Positions 36,026 through 46,226 of a stretch of DNA of 64,000 nucleotides are shown piece after piece (positions within the stretch are counted from its first letter, which is position 1; each line of letters opens with the position of its first letter). Under the pieces are notes generated by a model. It did not search any database. It saw only the letters and a program-made list of their open reading frames with translations, and had not been told where the DNA came from. The translations under genes and the position numbers were made by a program. The stretch is from an uncultured Bdellovibrionales bacterium (GTDB taxonomy: Bacteria > Patescibacteriota > Minisyncoccia > Moranbacterales > UBA1568). The stretch is taken from positions 5,072 to 69,071 of the forward strand of contig CAYNMD010000001.1 in assembly GCA_964398485.1 (NCBI GenBank), written 5' to 3'.

Positions 36026-37216
36026 ATGAATTTTCATACGCTTGGTATTCCACCGAGCCTTCTCAATATCCTTGATCAGTTCAAGCTTACTGAACCAACC
36101 CCGATTCAGGCTCAGGCTATTCCGGTTGCTCTTCAGGGCAAGGACGTGATGGGTATCGCCCAGACGGGGACAGGAAAGACACTGGCTTTTGGTGTCCCCC
36201 TTCTTGCTCAAGTTTTGGCTGATCGAACCAAACAAGGCCTGGTGCTGCTCCCGACCCGTGAGCTTGCGCTACAGGTTCATGAATCGCTCATGCGTTTTGG
36301 AAAACCACTTGGTTTCCGTGCCGCCGTTCTTATTGGTGGAGATAATATGGAGAAACAGAAGCGCCAACTGCGGGCCAATCCCCATATTCTCATTGCAACC
36401 CCAGGTCGTCTCAATGACCATCTGATGCAAAAGACGGTTTCACTCGATCGAGTAAAAATTCTTGTTCTCGATGAAGCTGACCATATGCTCGATATGGGGT
36501 TTGCACCGCAGATTGCTCAGATAGTGAAACATGTACCACGAGAGCGACAGACCATGCTTTTTTCGGCTACGATGCCCCAAGAGGTTATCGCACTGGCCAC
36601 TTCATATATGAAGCTTCCGCTTCGAGTAGAGGTGTCGCCGCCCGGGAAAACGGCTGATAAGATTGCTCAGGAAATTTTCTTTGTGCCTCACATGGAGAAG
36701 TTGGAACTCTTGGTAAAGCTCTTGAATGAAAATGTGGGGAGTACACTCGTCTTTACTCGGACCAAGTATATTGCTAAGCGGATAGCACTTTCTCTTCGTA
36801 ACAAAGGATTTACCTCGGCTGAGATTCACTCTAATCGCTCGCTCTCGCAGCGGCGCGAAGCTCTTGATGGTTTTAAGACTGGACGTTATCGCGTTTTGGT
36901 GGCAACCGATATCGCTGCGCGAGGAATTGATGTTTCCGGTATTGCTCTAGTTATTAATTATGACCTTCCAGAAAAGCCAGAAGACTATGTTCATCGTATC
37001 GGTCGTACCGCGAGAGCTGGTCGTGAAGGGAAGGCTATTTCACTCGCTACTCCTGATCAGCGCGGTCATGTGAAATCAATTGAGCGTCTGATTAGCATGT
37101 CACTCCCTGTTAGTGGAGGACATGATTTGGTGGCTGGTATGAGTGATGCAGCTGCTATTCGTCGTCCACGATCCAGTCGTCCTCGTGGCTCTCGTCATTT
37201 TGGTCGCCGGCGATAG
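36026..37216 (+). CDS. DEAD-box ATP-dependent RNA helicase
   Basis: Q-motif, AQTGTGKT, PTRELA, DEAD, SAT, HRIGRTARAG motifs. Confidence 0.9.
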   Translation: MNFHTLGIPPSLLNILDQFKLTEPTPIQAQAIPVALQGKDVMGIAQTGTGKTLAFGVPLLAQVLADRTKQGLVLLPTRELALQVHESLMRFGKPLGFRAAVLIGGDNMEKQKRQLRANPHILIATPGRLNDHLMQKTVSLDRVKILVLDEADHMLDMGFAPQIAQIVKHVPRERQTMLFSATMPQEVIALATSYMKLPLRVEVSPPGKTADKIAQEIFFVPHMEKLELLVKLLNENVGSTLVFTRTKYIAKRIALSLRNKGFTSAEIHSNRSLSQRREALDGFKTGRYRVLVATDIAARGIDVSGIALVINYDLPEKPEDYVHRIGRTARAGREGKAISLATPDQRGHVKSIERLISMSLPVSGGHDLVAGMSDAAAIRRPRSSRPRGSRHFGRRR

Positions 37217-37239
37217 AGTGATCGCTTGGTGTAAGGTGT

Positions 37240-38022
37240 ATGTGGAAATATTTCTTTGGAACTCTTTTTTTGGTGGGGTTTTTGGGAGCCTGGTTTTGGT
37301 TTGATCAAAAAAGTGACCATGTTCAACCGACGACTTTTGAAAACACCTATTCTCGTACTACGCCGGAAGAGACTTCGAAAAATGTAGAACCGATACCAGT
37401 GTCCCCCGTAGAGCCTCCGAAGCCAATCATCCAAGACATTGCGTATCCCGTTCCCTTTACCTCACAGGCTCCGACTGGGGAATGGAATTTGAGTGCGTTC
37501 CAAGACGGCTGCGAAGAAGCGTCGACCCTTATGGTGTGGATGGCCCGAGAGAAGAAAACGCTGACATCGGTAGAAGTAAAGGCCGAGCTCTTGGATATGG
37601 CTTCATTTCAGACGAAGATCATTGGCCATGGTGTGGATACAGATGTGAGTGATACCAATGCGTATCTCTTGAAGGAGTATTTTGGAATTACAGACGGAGA
37701 GGTGGTGTATGACTTCATGCTCGATGAGCTCAAAGAAGCAGTGATGAAGGGCATAGTAATCGTTCCTACTAATGGTCGGGCTTTACATAATCCCAATTTT
37801 ACGGCGCCCGGACCACTCCAGCACATGCTCGTCATCACGGGTTATGATGTGACAACCAAAGAATTTATTACCAATGATCCGGGAACAAGAAAAGGGGACG
37901 GATACCGATATCCAGAGCAAGTTTTGTTTGATGCTATTCGTGAATATCCAACTGGAAAGCACCTCCCTATCACCACCGAACGTAAAGCAATGATACTGAT
38001 TCCGTTCACAACGAAGGATTGA
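37240..38022 (+). CDS. secreted/anchored papain-like cysteine peptidase domain protein (Peptidase_C39_2-like)
   Basis: N-terminal TM; VPFTSQ...WNLSAFQDGCEEASTLMVW (Cys) and later HMLVITGYD (His) fit the C39-like fold. Confidence 0.45.
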   Translation: MWKYFFGTLFLVGFLGAWFWFDQKSDHVQPTTFENTYSRTTPEETSKNVEPIPVSPVEPPKPIIQDIAYPVPFTSQAPTGEWNLSAFQDGCEEASTLMVWMAREKKTLTSVEVKAELLDMASFQTKIIGHGVDTDVSDTNAYLLKEYFGITDGEVVYDFMLDELKEAVMKGIVIVPTNGRALHNPNFTAPGPLQHMLVITGYDVTTKEFITNDPGTRKGDGYRYPEQVLFDAIREYPTGKHLPITTERKAMILIPFTTKD

Positions 38023-38084
38023 TTTTTTGAGTATTTATGGTAGGGTAAGCCTATCGTTTTCCTGCTTACCATTGGAGGTTTCAC

Positions 38085-38447
38085 ATGGCTACTGAACGGA
38101 AGACTTTGTTTTTTGCTGAACCGATTACGACGGAAGCAGCTGAACGAATTGGTTCCTATCTTGCAGAGCGTCAGATCGCCTGCAACTGGCGTGAAGGTGT
38201 TGAAGATACCGAGGGAAAACCTCATCAAGGCTGGGACGGGCTTGATCTCAGGACAATGCGACTCATCCGGTCGATGCAGCGACAGGACACCCGAGTCCTT
38301 GTCGGTTACTGGGAACATGAGGATTCGGGTGGGGCCAGGCTGAAGTCAGCGAATTTCATCGTGATTACGGCACCTGGTCTCAAACTGCGTCGCTCAGCCA
38401 AATACAAGCAGGCTGCTGGGCAGATTCCGAAGCGAACCACTACCTGA
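38085..38447 (+). CDS. hypothetical protein
   Basis: 120-aa ORF; no domain. Confidence 0.35.
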   Translation: MATERKTLFFAEPITTEAAERIGSYLAERQIACNWREGVEDTEGKPHQGWDGLDLRTMRLIRSMQRQDTRVLVGYWEHEDSGGARLKSANFIVITAPGLKLRRSAKYKQAAGQIPKRTTT

Positions 38448-38518
38448 ATCTATGCCGGCCCTTAGGAAACCCTCGGGCCGGCACGATCATTTTTTGAGGA
38501 GTATATAATAGAAAGACT

Positions 38519-39262
38519 ATGGCAATAGTTCGATCGAGAAATATTTTTGACCCAGCGAGCGAGACAGCGTTTAAGTTGTCACGCTCCAAACTGGAACTCT
38601 TCCTCGAGTGTCCGCGGTGTTTTTATATTGATCGCAGGCTGGGCATTGGTCGGCCGACAGGGCCACCGTTTAATCTCAATAAAGCTGTGGATACACTCCT
38701 CAAGAAGGAATTTGATATTCATCGATCAGCGGGGACGCAGCATCCTCTCTTAGAAAAGTATGACGTTGATGTGCGGCCAGTGTCTCATGAAGAGCTCGAT
38801 ATTTGGCGGGAGAATTTTCAGGGTGTGCAATATCACCACCAGCCAACACATTTAATCATTACCGGTGCAATCGATGACCTCTGGATCAATTCTCGTGAGG
38901 AATATATCGTCGTAGATTACAAAGCAACCAGTAAGGATGAAGTAATTGATAAGCTCAATGATACTTGGCACCATCAGTATCGTCGTCAGATGGAAATCTA
39001 TCAGTGGCTCCTCCGAGCAAATGGCTATCGTGTTTCGCCAACTGGGTATTTTGTCTACTGTAATGCAGGCACAGATAAAACGGCTTTTGATGGGAAACTT
39101 GAATTCGATGTTCGTCTTATTGCTTATGAAGGGAATGATGATTGGGTGGAAGGGGTTATTTATCGAGCCAAAGAGTGTCTGATGGGAAGTGCTTTGCCTC
39201 AAGCCTCGCCTAATTGTGACTACTGTACTTTTGCTGAAGCGAGGGCAAGAGTTGAAAGGTGA
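38519..39262 (+). CDS. PD-(D/E)XK nuclease, Cas4/RecB-like with Cys cluster (standalone)
   Basis: IDDLW...EEYIVVDYK (D...E.K core), QxxxY-type C-terminus, Cys residues CPRC near the N-terminus and C...CDYC at the C-terminus as in Cas4 Fe-S nucleases. Confidence 0.6.
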   Translation: MAIVRSRNIFDPASETAFKLSRSKLELFLECPRCFYIDRRLGIGRPTGPPFNLNKAVDTLLKKEFDIHRSAGTQHPLLEKYDVDVRPVSHEELDIWRENFQGVQYHHQPTHLIITGAIDDLWINSREEYIVVDYKATSKDEVIDKLNDTWHHQYRRQMEIYQWLLRANGYRVSPTGYFVYCNAGTDKTAFDGKLEFDVRLIAYEGNDDWVEGVIYRAKECLMGSALPQASPNCDYCTFAEARARVER

Positions 39263-39330
39263 TAAAAAAAGCGCCGCGAGCCTGTTGGCTCTTGGTGCTT
39301 GAGGTGGTCTGAATGATGGTTTCCAACAGA

Positions 39331-39711
39331 TCAGATAAGTGCTGGTTGTTTCTGCTTCAGGCTTTTTCGTCTAGGACGTTGGGTAGGTGGAGTAGTTGCT
39401 TTTAGCAGCTGAGCGAGTGCGGGGGTTATCGGCCAACCGGAGCTGTTGTTAACTGAATCTATCTGGAGGTGTTCTCTGGCTGCTTCCAGCAGAAGGCCAG
39501 GCTTCACACTTGGATGTTGCCGGAGTCTACCACATTCTGCTTTCACTGTACGGAAGTTCGTACTCAAGCTTCCATCGTAATTTGCGATCAGTATTGAAAT
39601 TGCTCCGCCTAAAGCAAAACCTTTTCGGCGTTCCAGGATAGTTTTCTGCTGGAACAAAATGAGGGCTTGCAGTGCGATCACACGAACAGCATTAGCGCTG
39701 AGATGGGCCAT
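39331..39711 (-). CDS. hypothetical protein
   Basis: 126 aa; perfect SD AGGAGGT 6 nt upstream of the ATG; no family recognised. Confidence 0.5.
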   Translation of the reverse strand: MAHLSANAVRVIALQALILFQQKTILERRKGFALGGAISILIANYDGSLSTNFRTVKAECGRLRQHPSVKPGLLLEAAREHLQIDSVNNSSGWPITPALAQLLKATTPPTQRPRRKSLKQKQPALI

Positions 39712-39797
39712 TGCCTACCTCCTGTAGTTTGGAAATTTACTGATTGATATTATATACACTTTACATTTATTAGTCAAGATGTTAGAATGGAGCGCGT

Positions 39798-41069
39798 ATG
39801 ACTCATCCTTGGATCAAAAAAGTAAGTATTGCGAATTTTCTCAAAGAAAACCCGTTGCCGGAAATGCCGGGGGTGTATTTTTTCTTGGATCAAAAGGACA
39901 CAATCCTCTATATAGGGAAGGCGACAGTACTCGCTGATCGAGTGAAGAGTTATTTTGGTGATGACCTCGATGCTGCGCGCGGACCAAAGCTTGTCCTCAT
40001 GCGAGAGCGAGCGACACAGATTGCTTGGTGGCCACTCGACTCAGTTCTCGAAGCGCTTCTTCTTGAGGGTCAACTTATCAAAAAGTACCAGCCAGTTTTT
40101 AATACCGATGCCAAAGACGATAAAAGTTATAACTATCTCGTGATTACTGATGAGGCCTTTCCGAGGATCTTGGTGGCGCGTGAGCGAGATATTATCGCTG
40201 GAAAGATTTCTTACAAAATAAAAGAACAGTTTGGACCGTATCCACGAGGAGGAGCACTTCAGACAGCTCTCAAAATTGTGCGGCACATTTTTCCCTATCG
40301 GGATAAATGTATTCCCTACACCGAAATCAGTGAAGGAGAACGCTCTCGGATAAAGCCTTGTTTTCATGCACAGATCGGCCTTTGTCCGGGGGTATGTATC
40401 GGAACTATGACCAAAACTGATTATCGGAAACAGGTGCGACGTATTAGTCTGTTTTTTTCAGGCAAGAAAGCAGACCTGGTGAAACGACTGGAGAAGGAAA
40501 TGCATATGGCGGCTAAGGCACTTCAGTTTGAAAAGGCGAGTGAAATCAAAAAACTTTTGTTTGATCTTGGTCATATTCGTGATGTAGCGTTGATGAAAGC
40601 TGATCGAGATGAAAGTTCAGCAGCTCGAATCGAAGCTTATGATGCCGCTCATTTTCAGGGGGGAGCAAGTGTGGGAGTGATGACGGTAGTGCAGCATGCT
40701 ATTGTCAAAAAAAGTGAGTATCGACTCTTTAAGCTCCGCGGCGAACACAATGGGAATGATCTCTCGGCTCTGGAAGAAATTTTGACGAGACGTTTTGCTC
40801 ATAAGGAATGGACACTTCCTGAGCTGGTGGTAGTGGATGGAGCACTCCTTCAGTCGGAAGTAGCAGCCAAGGTTTTAAAACGGAATAAGTTAACTATCCC
40901 GATTGTGGGGGTGGTCAAAGATGAGAGGCATCGACCCAAGAAGGTGATTGGTCCACGCTCACTGGTGAAGCGATTTGAACAGGATATTCTCTTGGCGAAT
41001 GCTGAGGCTCATCGCTTTGCTATTGGCTTTCATCGTAAGAAAAAGCGTGAAGCATTTCTTTTGGGGTAA
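39798..41069 (+). CDS. uvrC: excinuclease ABC subunit C, short form (GIY-YIG + UVR + RNase H-like endonuclease domains; no C-terminal HhH)
   Basis: GVYFFLDQKDTILYIGKA GIY-YIG, UVR motif (LEKEMHMAAKALQFEKASEIKKLL), C-terminal EAYDAAHFQG...VVDGA endonuclease domain; 423 aa versus about 600 for canonical UvrC. Confidence 0.85.
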   Translation: MTHPWIKKVSIANFLKENPLPEMPGVYFFLDQKDTILYIGKATVLADRVKSYFGDDLDAARGPKLVLMRERATQIAWWPLDSVLEALLLEGQLIKKYQPVFNTDAKDDKSYNYLVITDEAFPRILVARERDIIAGKISYKIKEQFGPYPRGGALQTALKIVRHIFPYRDKCIPYTEISEGERSRIKPCFHAQIGLCPGVCIGTMTKTDYRKQVRRISLFFSGKKADLVKRLEKEMHMAAKALQFEKASEIKKLLFDLGHIRDVALMKADRDESSAARIEAYDAAHFQGGASVGVMTVVQHAIVKKSEYRLFKLRGEHNGNDLSALEEILTRRFAHKEWTLPELVVVDGALLQSEVAAKVLKRNKLTIPIVGVVKDERHRPKKVIGPRSLVKRFEQDILLANAEAHRFAIGFHRKKKREAFLLG

Positions 41070-41132
41070 AGTACGGACTGCCTTGAGTAGGTCTTTACCT
41101 CACGTGGGAAACCTGGTACACTGGAAAACAAC

Positions 41133-43976
41133 TTGTCTTTTTTCTTAGCGCTTCCAGTCCTGCTTATGCCTACGAGTCACGGCAAAAAGAATGTCATTGA
41201 AATTCGGGGAGCTCGGGTCAATAATCTCAAAAATATCGATATCGATATCCCGCGTGATGCCTTTGTCGTCGTGACGGGACTGTCGGGATCAGGGAAATCA
41301 TCACTCGCTTTTGATACGTTGTATGCGGAGGCAAACCGACGTTACGTCGAGAGTCTCTCTTCGTATGCTCGGAATTTTATGGAGGGATACGACAAACCCG
41401 ATGTCGATTCCATCAAGAATCTCTCCCCAGCCATTTCGATCGATCAAAAAAGTGTATCGAGGAGCCCACGATCAACAGTGGGTACTATGACTGAGGTGTA
41501 TGATTACCTCCGGATTCTCTTTGCTAAAGTCGGAACCCCGTGTTGCCCAAGTTGTCACCAGATTTTGTCACGCACCTCGCCGTTAGTTATCTTGGAGCGC
41601 CTGCTTCTTTTGCCAGCAGAGTCCAATGTAGCGGTGCTGGCCGAAAACAAGCAGTGTGAAGGAAAGACACTTGGTGATATGCTCGATCTTATTTCTGATT
41701 GGGGATACGTACGAGTGTTGTGGAAGGATGAGATGTTTCTTATTAGTGAATTGAGATTGCGAGCAAATCTCAGTGAACGAGGTCCTATTGCTATTGTGGT
41801 TGATCGCTTTAATCTTGATCCAGCTCGGCCTGATAAGGAGCGCATACTGGATTCTCTTCACTCAGCTTTTCATAGCGGCGAAGGGATTTTGAAAATCCGA
41901 GTAGACGGGGAATATTGGCATACCTTTTATGAAAAGTTTCGTTGCGAAAAATGTCAGATAGAATTGCCAGAATTTACCCCGGCTCATTTTTCTTTTAATA
42001 ATCCAGAAGGCGCCTGTGGGCATTGTGGTGGCCTCGGGGTGACACTTAAGTTTGATCCGAAGCTAGTGATCCCCAACGAAAATCTTTCATTGGCCGAAGG
42101 TGCTATACGTCCCTGGAGTAAAATGAATGGCGGTCGTGGAGGCAATCATGGCCCCTATCTTATTTTGGAAGCAGTAGCTAAGCGTGAGAAGATTCCGCTC
42201 AATGTTCCAATCAAAAAACTATCAGCCAAGCAGAAACAGTTTCTACTCTATGGTGAAACAAATACCACAAAGGATGGGGTATTTACTGGAGTTATTGGGA
42301 TGCTGGAAGAAAAGTATCAAGATACCAAATCTGATCACTTACGAGGAGAAATTGAGACTTATATGTACACGGAGACTTGTCCTGATTGTCGAGGGAAACG
42401 TCTCAAACCGGCATCGTTATCAGTCTTGGTAGCTGATCAATCGATAGACCAGATTGTTGATCAAAGTGTGGAACTCCTTCTTGAGTGTTTTGATAAGCTC
42501 AAAACAAAATTGTTGACTGATGGTCACCCTCAGAATTTGGTGGATACTTTATTTCAGGAAATGGATACAAGGCTCTCGGCGGTTGATAAAGTTGGTCTGG
42601 GGTACCTGACTCTTTCTCGAGGAGCGGATACTCTTTCGGGTGGCGAGGCTCAACGAATTCGACTTTCGGTACAAATCAAGTCAGGACTTTCCGGTATCAT
42701 CTATGTTTTGGATGAGCCATCAGTAGGTCTTCATAGTCGAGATACAGATCGTCTCATTAGGGCTCTCGATGAACTTCGAGGTGCTGATAACTCGCTGGTG
42801 GTTGTTGAGCATGATGTAGCTATTATGCGTAAGGCTGACTGGATTATTGATCTAGGTCCCGGTGCTGGTAAGGAGGGTGGCGAAATAATTTTTTCTGGCC
42901 CCCCAGAGAAGCTTTTCAAATCAAAAATTCTTACCGGCGAGTACCTTTGTGGGAAGCGTTCGGTTGTTGAGCCTGCCAAACCTCGTAGTGGTAATGGAAA
43001 CAATCTTGTTATAGTAGGGGCTACTGAACATAATTTGCAGGGGGTAACAGTAGAAATTCCTCTAGCAAAATTTATTGCTGTAGCTGGTGTCTCTGGTTCT
43101 GGGAAATCAACCTTGGTCCATGATATTCTGGCTCGCGCTCTGGCAAAGCGCTTTTATCAAGCTAAAACTCCCCCGGGTGCCCATCAAGAGATTTGTGGTC
43201 TAGAACATATAGATAAGGTGATTACGGTGAATCAGGATCCGATTGGTCGTACCCCCAGATCGAATGCTGCTACGTACACAGGAGTATTCGGCCATATTCG
43301 TGAGGTGTTTGCTGATACGCCAGAGGCCAAAAAAGAACGTTATACTGCGAGTTCCTTTAGTTTTAATATGCGAGGTGGACGATGTGAGATCTGTCAGGGA
43401 GGAGGATTGAAGAAGATTGAGATGTATCTTTTGCCTGATGTCTATATTCCTTGTGAGGCATGCAGCGGAACGCGCTATAACCAAAAAACTCTCTCACTAC
43501 AGTATCGAGGAAAAAATATTGCAGAAGTTTTGAGCATGACCGTAACCGAGGCAAGGGGATTCTTTCTCGACCAACCAATGATTGAGGAAAAACTCAGAGT
43601 GCTTGAGGAGGTTGGATTAGGTTATTTGGTGCTGGGACAGAGTGCCCCAAATCTTTCTGGTGGCGAGGCTCAACGTATCAAGCTCGCTACTGAACTTGCT
43701 CGAAAATCAACTGGCAATACACTGTATATCCTTGATGAGCCTACGATCGGTCTTCACTTTGAAGATGTGCGGAGATTGCTTGAGGTCTTGAATGCATTGG
43801 TTGATCGAGGCAATACAGTCTTGGTTGTGGAGCATAATATAGATGTTATTCGAGCGGCTGACTGGGTGATTGAGATGGGTCCAGATGGCGGGTCGCGTGG
43901 TGGACAAGTCTTGTTCTCTGGTACGCCAGATAAATTGAAGAAAATAAAAAATAGCCCTACCGCCAAGTATCTCTAA
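41133..43976 (+). CDS. UvrA paralog (second full-length excinuclease ABC subunit A-like protein)
   Basis: Two ABC modules, zinc-finger cysteines, long insertion domain; divergent from the uvrA at 21005. Confidence 0.85.
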   Translation: MSFFLALPVLLMPTSHGKKNVIEIRGARVNNLKNIDIDIPRDAFVVVTGLSGSGKSSLAFDTLYAEANRRYVESLSSYARNFMEGYDKPDVDSIKNLSPAISIDQKSVSRSPRSTVGTMTEVYDYLRILFAKVGTPCCPSCHQILSRTSPLVILERLLLLPAESNVAVLAENKQCEGKTLGDMLDLISDWGYVRVLWKDEMFLISELRLRANLSERGPIAIVVDRFNLDPARPDKERILDSLHSAFHSGEGILKIRVDGEYWHTFYEKFRCEKCQIELPEFTPAHFSFNNPEGACGHCGGLGVTLKFDPKLVIPNENLSLAEGAIRPWSKMNGGRGGNHGPYLILEAVAKREKIPLNVPIKKLSAKQKQFLLYGETNTTKDGVFTGVIGMLEEKYQDTKSDHLRGEIETYMYTETCPDCRGKRLKPASLSVLVADQSIDQIVDQSVELLLECFDKLKTKLLTDGHPQNLVDTLFQEMDTRLSAVDKVGLGYLTLSRGADTLSGGEAQRIRLSVQIKSGLSGIIYVLDEPSVGLHSRDTDRLIRALDELRGADNSLVVVEHDVAIMRKADWIIDLGPGAGKEGGEIIFSGPPEKLFKSKILTGEYLCGKRSVVEPAKPRSGNGNNLVIVGATEHNLQGVTVEIPLAKFIAVAGVSGSGKSTLVHDILARALAKRFYQAKTPPGAHQEICGLEHIDKVITVNQDPIGRTPRSNAATYTGVFGHIREVFADTPEAKKERYTASSFSFNMRGGRCEICQGGGLKKIEMYLLPDVYIPCEACSGTRYNQKTLSLQYRGKNIAEVLSMTVTEARGFFLDQPMIEEKLRVLEEVGLGYLVLGQSAPNLSGGEAQRIKLATELARKSTGNTLYILDEPTIGLHFEDVRRLLEVLNALVDRGNTVLVVEHNIDVIRAADWVIEMGPDGGSRGGQVLFSGTPDKLKKIKNSPTAKYL

Positions 43977-43984
43977 AAAATAGT

Positions 43985-44902
43985 ATGCTCTCAAAATTTG
44001 TCTTAGCAACGATTGTTTACTACGACACGCTCGAGTATCCGATGACAGCATTTGAGATGTGGAAGCATTTGCTTATCCCTGATGGGGTTACCAATATTCC
44101 CAAGGCGTCCCTCCGAGCTATTGAACAAACACTAGAGTCGCTCCAGTCCCGCGGTTCGGTGGAACAACATCATGGTTTTTGGGTATTGCCTCGCCGTGGG
44201 AAGCTCGTTTTGGATCGGATTCAGCGAGAAAAACGAGCAGTAGAAAAAATAAAACGAGCAGTAAAACTTATCCGGCGGTGTAGCTGGATTCCTTTTATCA
44301 GGATGATTGCCCTCACAGGGAGTCTCTCTATGAAACAAGGTGATCGATTAAGCGATTGGGATCTTTTGGTGGTCATGAAGAGTGGGGCTATTTGGACTGG
44401 TCGTTTCTTGCTTACATTTTGGTTAACGATACTGGGTCAACGGCGGCATGGACAGCACATTACTGATAGGGCTTGTCTGAATTGCTATCTAGCTGATTCA
44501 GCGCTGGAAGTTCCTCTAAAAGACGTTTTTTCTTCTCATGAGTATCGATTTATGTATCCTGTTACGGGCGAAGACACCTTTCGATCTTTTGAATTAGCTA
44601 ATCGTTGGATGGCACGTTACCGTCCCCATTTTCTGCCAACGACAGTTCCATCGCTTTTTCTCACTTCACCACAAAGATGGGTAGGGATATCTCAGTCTGT
44701 CCTGGAGCAGTTGTTTACCCATCGATGGCTCGAAAAATATCTTGGGCAGTATCAAAGGCAGCGCATCGAACAAAATCCAAAAACCCAGATTTCTGGTGGG
44801 TTTATCTTGGCTAACGATGAAGCACTTGTTTTTCTTCCCGAACCAAAAGGCCCAAAAGTGTTTGACCGTTTTAAAGAGAGTCTTTCTCAGAATTCTTTGT
44901 AG
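43985..44902 (+). CDS. nucleotidyltransferase-fold protein (Pol beta-like GS...DxD motif)
   Basis: ALTGSLSMKQGDRLSDWDLLVV. Confidence 0.5.
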   Translation: MLSKFVLATIVYYDTLEYPMTAFEMWKHLLIPDGVTNIPKASLRAIEQTLESLQSRGSVEQHHGFWVLPRRGKLVLDRIQREKRAVEKIKRAVKLIRRCSWIPFIRMIALTGSLSMKQGDRLSDWDLLVVMKSGAIWTGRFLLTFWLTILGQRRHGQHITDRACLNCYLADSALEVPLKDVFSSHEYRFMYPVTGEDTFRSFELANRWMARYRPHFLPTTVPSLFLTSPQRWVGISQSVLEQLFTHRWLEKYLGQYQRQRIEQNPKTQISGGFILANDEALVFLPEPKGPKVFDRFKESLSQNSL

Positions 44903-45002
44903 AATCAGCACGGATTATTTCTAGTAATGAAGACCTGTTTTTTAGCGACTGAAAAGTTGGTGTATACTGAGAGTAAACCAATATCAATATTCAAACGGCG
45001 TT

Positions 45003-46226
45003 ATGCCAAAGTTTTTGTATACAGCCAAACATGTTACCACGGGTGAAACCAGAGGCGGTGAAGTGATAGCTAAGGATGAGAAAGAGCTTGCTCAAGGGTT
45101 ACGATCTGAAGGGTATCTGGTGACATCAGTGGAGCAGACAGAAAAAGAAGCCGGCACTGTCCAGGTTCGTTTCATGGACCGGTTTCTTTCGGTGCCACTC
45201 AAAGAGAAAATGATTTTTGCAAGAAATCTGGCGGTTATGGTTTCGTCTGGTCTTACGGTCTCGAAATCTATTTATAATTTGAGCATCCAAACCCCGAATG
45301 CTCGTTTTAAGAAAATTCTTCAGAGTATTCACGAAGATGTTCAATCTGGGAAGCAGCTTTCTGAAGGGTTAGCTAAGTATCCTGGAGTGTTCAATGAACT
45401 GTTTGTAAACATGGTTTCTGTTGGTGAAATTTCCGGAAATCTGGAAGAAGTACTCGATATCTTGGCGCTTCAGCTTGAAAAAGAGCATGATCTTCTCTCC
45501 AAGGTGCGAGGGGCAATGACATATCCGGCAGTTATAGTAGTGGCTATGATTGGTATTGGAATTCTGATGCTTACCTATATCCTCCCAAAGATTACTCAAG
45601 TATTCGTTGATATGGATGTGGAGCTTCCCAAGACAACGCTCTTTATTATTGCAATGAGTAATTTTGTACGAGATCACTGGCTGATTACTATCGGTATCGT
45701 AGTTGGATCTGTCCTCTCAATTCGTTTTTTTGGAAAGACTGATACGGGGCGTCATTTTTTTCACTGGCTTTTCTTGAAATTGCCAGTGGTGGGTAATATC
45801 ATCATCAAGGTAAATTCAGCCCGTTTTGCCCGTATCTATAGTTCTCTTCTCAAGAGTGGTGTCTCAGTTGTGAATGCTTTGGCTATTGTGGCCAGGACGC
45901 TGGGGAATATTTATTACAAGGAGGCACTTACCGCTGGGATTGACGAAGTACAAAAGGGGACTGAACTCTCAAAGATAATTGAGAAGTACCCAAAAATTTT
46001 TCCAGTGATGGTAGCGCAAATCATTCAAGTAGGTGAGGAGACAGGGAAAACAGAAGACGTGCTCCAACGATTGGCAGAATTTTATGAAGAAGAGGTTTCT
46101 CAGATTACCAAGAATATGTCATCTATCGTGGAACCGATACTAATGCTCTTGATCGGTGGATCAGTTGGTTTTTTTGCTGTAGCGATGCTTCAGCCAATGT
46201 ATAGTGTTTTGGAAAATATCAAATAA
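45003..46226 (+). CDS. pilC: type IV pilus assembly platform protein PilC (GspF family)
   Basis: Two GspF repeats, 3 TM; family-typical motifs. Confidence 0.9.
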   Translation: MPKFLYTAKHVTTGETRGGEVIAKDEKELAQGLRSEGYLVTSVEQTEKEAGTVQVRFMDRFLSVPLKEKMIFARNLAVMVSSGLTVSKSIYNLSIQTPNARFKKILQSIHEDVQSGKQLSEGLAKYPGVFNELFVNMVSVGEISGNLEEVLDILALQLEKEHDLLSKVRGAMTYPAVIVVAMIGIGILMLTYILPKITQVFVDMDVELPKTTLFIIAMSNFVRDHWLITIGIVVGSVLSIRFFGKTDTGRHFFHWLFLKLPVVGNIIIKVNSARFARIYSSLLKSGVSVVNALAIVARTLGNIYYKEALTAGIDEVQKGTELSKIIEKYPKIFPVMVAQIIQVGEETGKTEDVLQRLAEFYEEEVSQITKNMSSIVEPILMLLIGGSVGFFAVAMLQPMYSVLENIK

